NCBI RefSeq assembly: GCF_037042905.1
Contig: NC_087255.1
Span: 26,908,001 to 26,972,000 of the forward strand
Direction of reading: 5' to 3'
Source: Lytechinus pictus
Taxonomy: Eukaryota
Length of the DNA stretch: 64,000 bases
Position numbers and translations under genes: made by a program. Numbering within the stretch: the first letter of the stretch is position 1; each line of letters starts with the position of its first letter. Positions 12,501 through 24,010 of this stretch are shown here, piece by piece. The notes beneath the pieces are model-generated. The model had not been told where the DNA came from. It made no database searches and saw only the letters and a program-made list of their open reading frames with translations.

Positions 12501-15500
12501 TCAAACAAAGAACTATGAAAAGAAAGAGAAATAGCCCGGGAAGAAAAGTCTTTAGTATCTGTATTCCGATTTATTTTCTAATCATTATCACAAAAGTCCA
12601 AATTGAAGATCCTGATATAACGAGCAGCGTGAACCCAGCGTATTTTCTTATTAAATTAATTATCACTAAATTCTCTTTTTCTAAAGGTGCGTCCAAATGG
12701 ACTTTTTAAGACTACTGAAGATTCGCTACATATGCACTCGACTAACCCTTTATTTAGGTAAGTTCGTCTCCCCAAAACGGAGTTATCAATATTTGTGTAA
12801 TAACTAGACAGGGAAGAATGAGAGCAGATTTCGCAAAATATTATTAAATGCAGGGTAACGTCTCGTCGTGCAGTGTCCAACCCAATGGTTGGTGAAAAAC
12901 GCAGAGGGCGCTAGACTTACCTGGAGGTGAACAGGCAACACCGGCATCCTCAAAGTGCGTGCAATCATGAACACCAATCCCAGAATGTGAGCAGTTTAGA
13001 ATGTTAGACTCGGTTCCCTTACAGTCCAGATTATCAAGCAGTATAGGTCCTGGTCCAGGTCCGAAGTGGGCCGTGCTGGCGATCTGGAGAGGACTACCGA
13101 ATCCCAGCTCCTTGCAGATCACCCAGGCATCTCGTCTAGTACGAAGAGACAATGGTTTATTTTCACTGTACCTACAGTTGGTCTACTTATCGGATAGTCT
13201 CATACCACATGGGCTAAGCCCATTTAGTCTTTTATCAATTTGGTCAAAATCCTGTTTTGTCTACACGATCATTGGTATAATAGTCTAATTCTCATTTAAC
13301 TTAATGTCCAGGTTGTATAATTTCCACTTCGCACACCCGTATTCTATTTTACTTTGTCCAATGAAAATTTGGTTCATAATTGCAACGATGTAGAGGAAGT
13401 GATGTAAAGACATTTTATAAACATATAGACAAGGGGATGCACTCTAACTAAATGAGAGGTAAGACATTTCAAAATATTATAAAATAGATAATAAAAGGGG
13501 GAATGTCGGGTATAGGGAAGATGATGAGGGAGGGGGTATGCTTAGTTGTTTGAATGCCCACCTGTCCCACTGATCATCACATATTGTACCCCATGTGTTA
13601 TTCCAGAAGACTTCTACCCTCCCTTCGTATTGGTTGAATCCTCCAACAAGTCGAACGTTTCTATGTGGTTCTGTTGAAAAACAAAAAGCAATACCGTCGT
13701 ATAAAAACGAAACACAAAACTTTAAGATCCTTAAGTTATTAGGCCTATATATTGGTTTTAACTTCCTTAAAATTATAATTCCAAGCTGCTATAGTGCCAT
13801 ATCCTCAGTGCAGATGACTTGAGGGGAATGTTGGGAGTTTATTGCTCAGTGCTTTGATTCTTTGTTATTTGTCTGTATATCAAAATGTACAAAACCAATT
13901 GTAACGTTGGAAATTAAAATAAAAGAAATGATATGTAGAGCTAAGTACGTTGCAAAAGGGGTTAGGTCCATTTTTGATTTTTTTTTTGGTTAATGTATAT
14001 ATTTTTAGTAGCTCTATAAGATGATACCAAAGAAAAGTTGAAATTCCCATTAAAACGTGAACAAAAATAGCAAAGAAAATCAGTTAATTTTTCAAAAGGG
14101 GGTAGTTCCATTTCAGTTTGGTTGCAAAAGGGGTTAGGTCCACAATGATAATTTTTGAAAAAAATTGAAGACAGATTTTTTTAATACCCAATTTTATGTT
14201 CACATGATAGAGTAGTACATCATGACTATTTAGTTTCTCATAAGAATTTTGCAGTAAGTGAGAATAAAAAACATGATTTTTCTTGTAATGGTCCAAAGGG
14301 GACCTAACCCCTTTTGCAACCAAACTCTTCATATGAAAATGAAATATTAATTATTTGCTTTTGTGTAATTTGGAAAGTTTCTTGTTCATGTTTCTGTCTT
14401 GAAATCACTCGAAAAGTGATATGAATATGCATGTAATTGTCAATATCTTGGGATTACAAGAATAGCTTATATTCATGAACTGTAGGTAATATGTGAAATG
14501 GAATTCAACTTGATAATATGAAAAGTATAAAAAGATAATTCTGAATTAAAATAACAGAAAAGGGTAAAAAAGATGATAGAAACCATGATTATCAGCACTT
14601 TAAAAAGTGCAATCAATCTTTAAACTGTTTTAAAAGATTTTGTTCATAGTTGCCAATGTGTCTGCACCACGCAGAGATAACATTGACGTTGCTATGTGTA
14701 TTTCATTTTGTTTAGGCATAATTATGTCTAAAAATGAAATTTCTTCGAAATATTAACCGCTGAATATAAAAGCATAATAGGAATCGCGTCATTGTCATGT
14801 TTATTAGTTGACCTTAGAAAACCACGTACTTGACGTATGACAGACCGGATGGCAGATAAAAATCAATTCATATTCGGAAGTATTTTTTTAGAACATGCAT
14901 AATGTTCTTCTCATTATTTCTGTTGACCGACCACTATCAACTATAGTTGATATTTAACTATCTTAAAATTGCCGAAACTTCATTCGTTTTAAACAGCGCA
15001 TATTAAAATTGATATGTCTAAAAACCGCTGAATACAAAAGCATAAAAAGGAATCACGTCATTGTCATGTTTATTAGTTGACCTTAGACAGTTAGAAAACC
15101 ACGTACTTGACTTATGACAGACGGATTGCAGATAAAAATTATTCATATTCGGAAGTATTTTTTTTAGAAAATACGTAATGTTCTTCTCATTCTCCCTGTT
15201 GACCCCACTATCAACTAAAGTTGGTTCTTAACTAGCTTAAAATTGCCGAAACTTCATTGTTTTAAAAAGTTTATCAGATCAATTCGGATTTTAATCACTT
15301 TTAACCAATCAAAGGAACGTGTCTTTGGATTAATCTTCACTTGTATCTTGGATTTTTTTAAACAAATGTCTTAGAAGGTGATTTTTATCAAATCGAAGGG
15401 AAGCAAATATTAGTGATCCTTCATTGGAATTAGATCTTTTTTTCTTTAAATCATGATATCATATTAACATAATCAGACTGATTTATTTCAATTCATTTCC

Positions 15501-17658
15501 ACTTTAAAAAAATTAATAACAGACAATATACATGCACAGATCAATAATAATATCGGGATCATAAGAAGTACAAAAATGACTTGTTTAAAATTATCCCTGG
15601 CAGAAAATAGTATGCATGTACATGTATAATGTACATGAATATTAAAGCAAAAAATATATATAAAAAATAAAAACAATAGAAAATTAAAGAAAGAAAGAGA
15701 GAAAAAAACATATAGACCAATTTAAATTAAATCAGCATTAATGTTTTGATTGTACGATCGTTAAATAGTTTTACTGTCTCACCATTTCTTAATTCAAGTG
15801 CGAGGTTGTCCAAACATTGGCCTCGTTAAAAGAAATTTTCTATTAATGTGCGAATCAGAGGTAGGTGAATATTTCGAGCAACATGAATTATAAAGTTTTC
15901 TCTAGAGCTCTCTAAACTGCTTAATTCATAATCATAATTCGTTAAAAAATATTGGGATGAGATTATCAGTCAGAGTAAACATACAAATTGCTCTTTCTGG
16001 AGACATTAATACATTTGAAGGTAGTAATGAAAAAAGAATGATGTGCAATTTTTTAAAGCATTTTTTTTCTCAAAACATGTCTATGTAAAAGGGCTTAGCT
16101 TTTATTAGAGAATAGCTCTCATTTAAAACGTACACGTTTAAATCAAGTTCACTGTGATTTTGTGAAGCATAATGATGTAGTATGATATTGAAGCTGAGGG
16201 ATGAATGTGCGACATTTTAATTCATGTTATACACGTTATAGCGACACAAGAATAATTGTGTAATTCTAAGGTCGAAAATTTTGTTGAGGTGTTCTGTTTT
16301 TGAAAATTGCATTCACAACATTTGTATGGGGGGAGGTATGTAACCGAATATGCCCCTGACATAATGATAATGACCCCCTTTTTTTAGTTGACAGAAAATT
16401 GTTGCCCCTATTGCCGCAGCGCATGTCTATATGGACACCACAATTCAACTGCTCCGTTACCATATACTATACGACACAAATTCGTATGTTCTCTTAATAT
16501 AAATAATAATACATTTATGATTTATATAGCGTTTTTTCCAAAAATTCTCAATATACATGTACAATGAATAAATAGGAATTTGAATGTACAATGTGTTTCT
16601 TTAATACGTTATCACGGTTTATAGGTAGGCCTAAGATCTTCAATATAGCTTTCACATACTATCTGTTGAATGGATTAAATGAAACAGGTCAACGGTCATT
16701 ATTTACCCGCTGGTTTCACTTCCAATACTAAATATTTTTGGTGCCTGCGATGATCTTTTTTGATGATGAGTCATCACTTAGTTTAGATTTCCGGTAACCA
16801 GAGTTGGTTGCCTAACGGTGTCCCCAACACTCTTTTTTGTGATAAGAATTAATAGGCCTATATACAGTTTGATATAATGCATGTTGGTTGGGTGAAAAGA
16901 TACCCAATATTTCAAATTTTACGCAATGTTGCGTTGGAATAGACCATTATGGGGTAAAACAAAATACACAGCAAACATGCATGTTCCCTTTCTACCCAAT
17001 ATTGGGTCAAATTTTACTATTTAGATTATTATTAGCTACTTTTCTTCGCTCACTCGCAATATATCCCCCAAATAGTGGCTCCATTGCTATGGGAAGCAGG
17101 GGTGTTTTTGCTAGTCATTTATTTTCAAAACCAGCACCCCTTTTCAAAAATCGTTCCCAGGCCCCTGCACAGATCCAAATTCGTCAGCCCCTCAAAGATT
17201 TTTCCTCGTTACGTACGTCAGAAGGCAAATCTACCATAATACATAATGATATGATCATAATAATATGTATAGAGTGCAGTTACTATAATTGCATATACTC
17301 TAGCTACTGCGCTTGATACTTGGTATCATATCATTACCCCGGCTGAGTCGCCATATATATAGGCGCTAAAGCATTCAAGGAATATATCCTACCGGGTACC
17401 CATTCACCTAGCTTGGGTCGGGTGCAGCACAATGTGGGTAAATTTCTTGCTGAAGGAAACATGCCATGGCTGGGCTTCGAACCCACGTCCCTCGGATTGA
17501 AAGACGTGAGTCTTAACCCCTAGACCACGACGCCCCCACGTGAAGGCAATGAAAGAGAAATTAAAATTTCAAAGTGGCAAGAAAAAATACATACCAGAAC
17601 AAATAATAGGTTGTATGTATGCGATCATCGAATACACTGCAATAATCCACGGCGTCAT
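8740..17658 (-). CDS. Type I membrane scavenger-receptor-like protein: SP-SRCR(group A)-EGF-CCP/Sushi-TM-cytoplasmic tail, 525 aa
   Basis: complement join(17595-17658,13562-13670,12921-13135,12408-12512,10896-11078,10097-10205,8740-9532) = 1578 nt; all GT-AG with compatible phases (1,2,1,1,1,2). Confidence 0.88.
10097..10205 (-). CDS. Receptor transmembrane exon
   Basis: [37 protein letters not shown]; aag acceptor, gtaagc donor. Confidence 0.88.
10305..10443. mobile_element. CWG-type MITE remnant
   Basis: AGGGAGCGTTTCATGAAA ... TTGATAAAAGGCTCCC|CTG imperfect TIRs. Confidence 0.5.
10896..11078 (-). CDS. Receptor CCP/Sushi exon
   Basis: [16 protein letters not shown]...[24 protein letters not shown]; 4 Cys plus Trp; phase 1-1. 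Confidence 0.9.
11447..12166 (+). mobile_element. 5'-truncated CR1/L2-type LINE 3' end
   Basis: ORF2 C-terminal signature HSYPTR...[24 protein letters not shown]; 3' UTR ending AATAAA(TCAAA)n. Confidence 0.7.
12408..12512 (-). CDS. Receptor EGF-like exon
   Basis: [35 protein letters not shown]; 6-Cys EGF; phase 1-1. Confidence 0.9.
12921..13135 (-). CDS. Receptor SRCR domain, second half
   Basis: [11 protein letters not shown]...[28 protein letters not shown]...[11 protein letters not shown]. Confidence 0.95.
13562..13670 (-). CDS. Receptor SRCR domain, first half
   Basis: [31 protein letters not shown]. Confidence 0.95.
13935..14330. mobile_element. MITE with 4-bp ATAT TSD (Sola-like, unclassified)
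   Basis: GTTGCAAAAGGGGTTAGGTCC near the left end, again internally at about 14120, and inverted at the right end; ATAT flanks. Confidence 0.6.
14757..15267. repeat. Local tandem duplication, about 240-bp copies at about 268-bp spacing
   Basis: CCGCTGAATA.AAAAGCATA...AAAATTGCCGAAACTTCATT at about 14757-14993 and 15025-15267. Confidence 0.85.
17302..17538 (-). mobile_element. tRNA-derived SINE
   Basis: Head GGGGGCGTCGTGGTCTAGGGG (A box) and GGTTCGAAGCCC (B box); truncated copy at 24164-24260. Confidence 0.7.
17595..17658 (-). CDS. Receptor start exon (signal peptide)
   Basis: gccATG; [21 protein letters not shown](G)|gtatgt; an upstream acceptor at 17672 implies a non-coding exon. Confidence 0.75.
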
Positions 17659-18549
17659 GGCTAGTATATTTCTATTTGAAAAAGGGAAATATTTTGAAAT
17701 ATCGATTACCATAAAATTTGCTCACCAAAGAAAAACATTCAACAATATTAAAATTACAAAAGTAGGCATTCATGTAGGCCAATAATCCAATTTGGATATG
17801 GAAACTTATATCTTTTACATAATAAAGTAAAACTACACACAGATGGGGTCAGGCAAATAAAAAAAAACTCCGTTGGTTTATTGAAATAAGAAAAGATCGT
17901 GGGTTTAGATATTTCCAGTGTTTGAGTATAGGCCTAAACTTTGTGATCAATTCCAATCAGTGATATTTCAGATGTAATTTGACCTATTTTAGGCAGTGCC
18001 ATATTTGTTCTATGAGTAACATAATAAAACAAGATATGTTTAAAAGTGAAGAATGAACTGACATTTATTTATATGACGAATCATATAAATATACATATTG
18101 AAGGATTGCATATATTTCCATTGCTAGAAAAACACTGAATAATTATTTTGAGCTCTCAAAGAGAGTGTCATCTTCGGCCTATATATAACTCTACATCATG
18201 AGTAACATAGAAGAGTAAAATTATCGAAGATTTCTGTACTTACCCAAATTATAAATATATATCCTCAAAGCTTGCTGATAAAATGATTCAAGCATACATT
18301 AGATATAACAAAAAGGTGACTTATAACTTCAACCGCTGGGTATAAAGATATCAGATTCCATTCTTTTATACCCAAAACATTATCCCACCAGTGTACACGT
18401 ACAATGTGGATGATGTTATGACATGTAGCAACTGTACGATGTTTGAGAGCTATATAACCTTCGTGCGCAACTATAAAACCATAACATTTAACGGAAGATG
18501 TTGGAGTGGTGCTTGACAAAGCAAAACAGAATGACAATATTTGTCATTT

Positions 18550-18800
18550 ATTCTTTCAATTGTTCATTAGTCTATCCATTTATTGAATTATTTATTTATT
18601 TGTTTGTTTGTCTATTTATTCAATTATTTATTCATTATGTCATTTATTTATCTGGTTATTTGGTTATTTATTTGTTTATTTATCTATATATCTTTTTACT
18701 CATTTATTGATTGATTGATTGATTTATCTATCTATTTATTTATTTATTATGTCATTTATTTACCTAGTAATTCATTTATTATATATTTGTTTATTAATTT
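18550..18800. repeat. (ATTT/ATCT)n degenerate microsatellite
   Basis: Direct inspection. Confidence 0.7.
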
Positions 18801-18820
18801 ATCCATGAATTCATTCATAC

Positions 18821-19040
18821 CGGGCATGTTGTCTCTGTGGTAGAGATCCCGCCTCGTGAACTGGAGGTCGTGGGTTCGATCCCCTTTTGAGTCATACCAA
18901 AGACTTTAAAAATGGTACATTCTGCCTTCTTGTCAGGGGCTCGACTTTTGAGAATGAAGAAGGGTAATATTAATATTTTGTGCAGGGCTACTTAAAAATC
19001 AGCTAATTGTTTAAGTGGCTAAACTTGGTAAATAAAAGTT
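18821..19040 (+). mobile_element. tRNA-derived SINE (second family)
   Basis: TGGTAGAG...GGGTTCGATCCCC head, then CATACCAAAGACTTTAAAAATGG; same family reversed at 26305-26535. Confidence 0.65.
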
Positions 19041-19911
19041 ATTATTTTTTATTATTTATCAGTTTATTTATTGATAAATTTATCTATTTCTATTCATCTA
19101 TATTTTTATTCATTTATTTGGGACAGCCCCAAACAAAGTTTGAATGGTTTGATAGATTTGTATACACTTTCTCTCAGGATATAACCATTGTGAATTAAGC
19201 TATAGGTGTTTTGAAATGACCATAATCTCGTCTCTACCAGGATTGTATTTCCGCTCCGAGTTCCGTCTGAAGTTAAGGACAATGAGAGACTATTTACCTC
19301 AACATGATTATAGATAACATGTCTTCAAATATAAAAATATTACTGCGAGTTGGAGATATGGCCGCGCAAGATGAGCAGCGTCAAGATATTTTGATAGGGC
19401 GGGAGGGGGGGGGAGATGTGACCCCTTTTTCTCTCATTTGAATTAAGTGGGTTATATATAAAGTCGCGCGACATGTACTTGTCATTTTGTAATGACATTT
19501 CTTTCTTCTCCATGTATTCCCGTTTCTGCATTCGCCCCCCCCCTTCTTGAAATATATGGGCAGTCGTCCCTGCACCGCGAGGCGCATCGTGTTACTGTTT
19601 TTTTTCTTTAAGTCATACTTTTTGTAATATTGAGACCTTATAAATAGATTGACAGATGGATTGATGGATGGATAGATAGATATATAGACAGAGAGAGACA
19701 CAGAGAGAGAGAGGGGGGGGGGCGAGAGAGGGGGGGCGAGAGGTAGATAGATAGATGGATGGATAGATATTGATGAATTCATATATTGATAGACATATTT
19801 AAAAATAAAGAATATAGGTTTTGACTAGGATATTAAGCGAAATAATCATATGTAAGTTCATTAAATACACCATAGTCATACACAGGTCAAATGAACCGCC
19901 CCCTCTATTAA

Positions 19912-20847
19912 GGACGTTCCACAGTTATGTTTGTGCGCATTATGATCTGCGCATAGTTTACACTCTGCGCGCTGACGTCACAATGGATGAACAGGTGATT
20001 AATTAGCTGCGGGTATGAGCTGATTTTTCTCATCTTCTGCACTTTGACTGCAGATCCGATGCGTTATTTCATGAAGCTAAAAAATTGAATTATTCCATGG
20101 ACCATTCAAAAAAATATTCTCTACAATTTCAAAATACTTGACTCTGCAGTGCTGCCAAGAATCACGAATATTACCCCGAGTTTGAATAAATGGTAGAGTG
20201 GTTTTGATTTATTCTTCACATAGATACTAAGCATTCGGCGCATTTTTGGTGTTTTAACAAGCACATTTGCTCTAATAAAAATGCTGATAGTTTAAAAACA
20301 AGCACATGAACCCCTATTTTTTAATGTTTGTACCTCTTAGGTATACCTTCCTCTACAACTCTGCAAAGTTTGGTGAAAATGACATGGATTTTGAATAAAG
20401 TGCAGCATTTATTGTACGTTTGTAGTTTGTTACTGACATTTTACATTTTTTAGATTGGGATTTTGTTATCTTTTACGCCATTTTTAAGAACTGACAGTGC
20501 TGTTAAACTAAAAATTGCAAACAAATAACACTCTAAATAGATTCTCCATTCTAACGATACAATTATTAACTCTCTTGCGAAATTTGATGACTTTTTCATG
20601 TATTTTGACTGAGTAATAGAGGTTTAACCTCATTGTAGTAATCTTGGGCGGTCTAAAAATGCCAAATTCTTTTGAATGCGCAATTCTTAAGAACATCATT
20701 TTGGGTGAACTTTGAAGCTCTATAGCAAAAAATCAAGCACATGGACCTATGTTAATTTTTGCATATTTCGAATACTAAGGTTCTAAAGTATCTATGTGCA
20801 AAGTTTGGTGAAAATGACATGGATTTCACTTTTACTGTGGAACGTCC
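19912..20847. mobile_element. Kolobok-like non-autonomous element
   Basis: TTAA|GGACGTTCCACAGT ... ACTGTGGAACGTCC|TTAA; internal direct repeat of about 90 bp (GCAAAGTTTGGTGAAAATGACATGGATTT). Confidence 0.75.
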
Positions 20848-21819
20848 TTAATACACCCCTATAATCCTTTACTTTTTATCTCTCATTCTCTCCCCTTTCA
20901 ATATCACTTTGTCTCTTTGCTTTGCTGCCCTCCCATCTCTCCAAACATCATCTTTCATTTGCTTGCAGACTTCTTTTCCAGAAATATTTCTACTCAGGGA
21001 AGGTGCTACATACGCAGGGACAGGGGCGGCAAACCTTTGAGTTTTAAAATAGTGAAGGAGAAACTTGAAGAATAAACAAGAAAGGGGCAGGGAATATAGG
21101 AAAGAAAAAAGAATGAAGGAAAAATAGGAGAGAAAAGAGAAAGGTACTCCAACTGAGAGCAAAAAATAGGTCGTCTTGGTCCTCGTCCCACCCCATCAAA
21201 ATACACTGACGCCAACCCTGTTTCGATACACAAAAGGCAACATGATTCTGCATCTGTTCGCTTCCATCTTAATGGAATAAAAGTTAAAATTAGCACAAGT
21301 GCGCGGTCCTGGACTGTGGTTCTTTCTCTTTCTTTAAATAATGGCCCGGAATATCAGTGGAAACAGACTACTTTATATTTGAATCATATGCCGATTCGAG
21401 GTATGTTTACCAATTGTACATTTGGCTCTTGCAGGATCACAGTTGTTTAGATTAATGCGGAAATGAGTAAGATAAAGCTAAACCTTGAAGGGATATGTGA
21501 AGCTTAGTCGGGTTTACAATATGTGTTGTTTTATGATAGTCAGTTTCCAAGTGGAGGTATTGATATTCATCGTGTGAATTTTTATGTTCACAATGAAGAA
21601 TTCAACACTAGAGAGACTTCCTACGAGATCGCACAATGCTGAACAAATTCCTGTGAAATTTGTTTAAAAAATACATGTAGTTTTTGTTTACTCCGAGGTA
21701 GATCTTTATTCTCATTTACCTCTCTACTAAGACTTACTCCCCACCATCCTCCTCCTCATCATCATCTTGTCATCACCATCACAACCTCCATCAACATAAT
21801 CATCATCGTATCATCTTAA

Positions 21820-22023
21820 NNNNNNNNNNNNNNNNNNNNNNNNNNNNNNNNNNNNNNNNNNNNNNNNNNNNNNNNNNNNNNNNNNNNNNNNNNNNNNNNN
21901 NNNNNNNNNNNNNNNNNNNNNNNNNNNNNNNNNNNNNNNNNNNNNNNNNNNNNNNNNNNNNNNNNNNNNNNNNNNNNNNNNNNNNNNNNNNNNNNNNNNN
22001 NNNNNNNNNNNNNNNNNNNNNNN
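21820..22023. other. Assembly gap (N run) next to a (CAT)n tract
   Basis: Ns in the sequence. Confidence 0.99.
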
Positions 22024-23860
22024 ATCCCCACTCATCATTCTCTTTCTACCCCACCCCTATACCTCTCCATCTCCCTTTGCTGTTTTCTTCACCTTTTTAT
22101 CTTCCCATTTTCATCCTCTTAAATTGATCCTCGAAGGGCTATGAAACTTATCAAAGATGAAACAAGACTCAAGACTGCAAAATCTCTCAATATTCCCACT
22201 CACAAATATCTCATTTCGGTGTAATCTCCATTTCCTCATTTCCTCACGATCAGCCAAAAGACAGCCATCGATATTCTATATAAGTTTTTTATGTTAAAAC
22301 TGTCAATCAACAGTTTACTTTAATAAAAACCTGAAATGCATACATGTACAATATGTATAGAGTAAAATATATCATTGATTTAGCAACAAGATCAAAATTT
22401 ATATAAGTTGATCAACTAAGGATAATTCTCACTGGAAAATCAAAGATTTTTTGTTGTTATCTTTCTTCCTCCCTTCATTCATTTATTGATTTATCTTTAT
22501 TTACCGAACAAACTACATGTGATATAGCTCCAGATGATATATTTATATTTGATTTCTTCAGAAATTTGTTGAAGATTCTGGATATTACTCAATAAATTTG
22601 ATACAATATTAAGTGGGCCTAGTAACAAATAACAATCATACAAATGATTTAACTGTAAATCTATTGTAAACCCCGTACTGATATTGCATTCAAATGTAAG
22701 TATGTATTCTAATATCTTACATTTCATGCCACAGCCATGAGTATTCACAATTAGATCAAGAACTGGATTGAAAACAATGTATTTTTTTTCTGCTTAAATT
22801 CAACATGATTTTTAAAGGAAAAAAAAACCGAGGATAATGATTATGAAAATTTAATCAAATTTCTCATTTTTTTACTGACTGAGTACATGATTAGCATTTT
22901 AAATCAAATACTTTTTTCACTGTGTCTTTTGGGACATACATCCAAACTGCTCTCATTCTGTCAAAACCTTTCCATGAACGACTAGTCTCCATCCATGGCA
23001 AAGAACAGAAACTGACCTTCTTCCCAAAACCATATCAAACAGCTTCATCTCTAGGAGACATTCTTCATGTTTATACCTAAAATCCCAATTCAAGCATTTT
23101 CTGGCAAATACTGGCAGATTCTTGATGCCAGCGGAACTTTCAACTTTTCTTTCTTCGCAGACAGAGTTTACACTTTGATAAGCAGCCATTTCCTTCTGAA
23201 GGTAGAGCATGGAAATATAGCAGACTCTGTGTAAGTAAACCTTCCATAACTCGAAACATTACTTTGGGCCAGAATATGCAAACGTGTCTATTCTTCATCT
23301 TCTTCATAAAGTCAAATAGATGTCTATGGTTCCAAGAGATTTTACATAGGTAAGGTCACCTGTTTATAGGAACCTCACCAATCAATTAGCATCTGGATTC
23401 TCTGGCCCATATTCTGAACTTGGGTTTAAAGTTGGGGTTTAACTATGGAGAGCCAATTGTAGCACAAATCACTTTTGGTAAATATTTAATTGATCAAATC
23501 ATTGCCATTCAAATCATTGATAAATGTCTGAGAATGATAACTGAAGTATTTTTTTTTGTTCATCATGAAAGCAAGGGGGAGCAAAATAGTAAGCACAAGA
23601 AATACACGTTATGAAAAGAATCTATGATTTTTTGGTTTTCCATAATTTTAGCATAGAGTTAGACTGTGGTGATTTTAAACTGGCGTTCAGACATACAGGC
23701 ATTTATGAATACACAAAAGATATGTCACGTTCATGCTGGCTGATTCCTATTCAGAGCATATACATTGATATCCAGAGTTGTCCGCGTGACTTGGATGGAA
23801 ACATCTCTGGTCCTAAGGTCCATCGTTCAACAAAAAGAGTTCTCAGACCAATGCCATGGA

Positions 23861-24010
23861 TCATATCTTAGCACTCTTCAAGTACTTGACAAGACAGAGG
23901 CTTTGGTCAAAATGGCGCTGGATGCGTAACCATGATGACTCCTGTACTTCCGCTAGTGAGGAGAGCTCTTCAGCTAAGTCTGGATCTCTTGCTATTGAGG
24001 CACCATGAAG
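23861..24010 (-). CDS. WDR36: WDR36 last exon
   Basis: LHGASIARDP...FDQSLCLVKYLKSAKI*. Confidence 0.92.
   Translation of the reverse strand, partial: LHGASIARDPDLAEELSSLAEVQESSWLRIQRHFDQSLCLVKYLKSAKI

Noticed and set aside
21811-22038. ORFs made of X residues
   Set aside because: Artefacts of the N gap.
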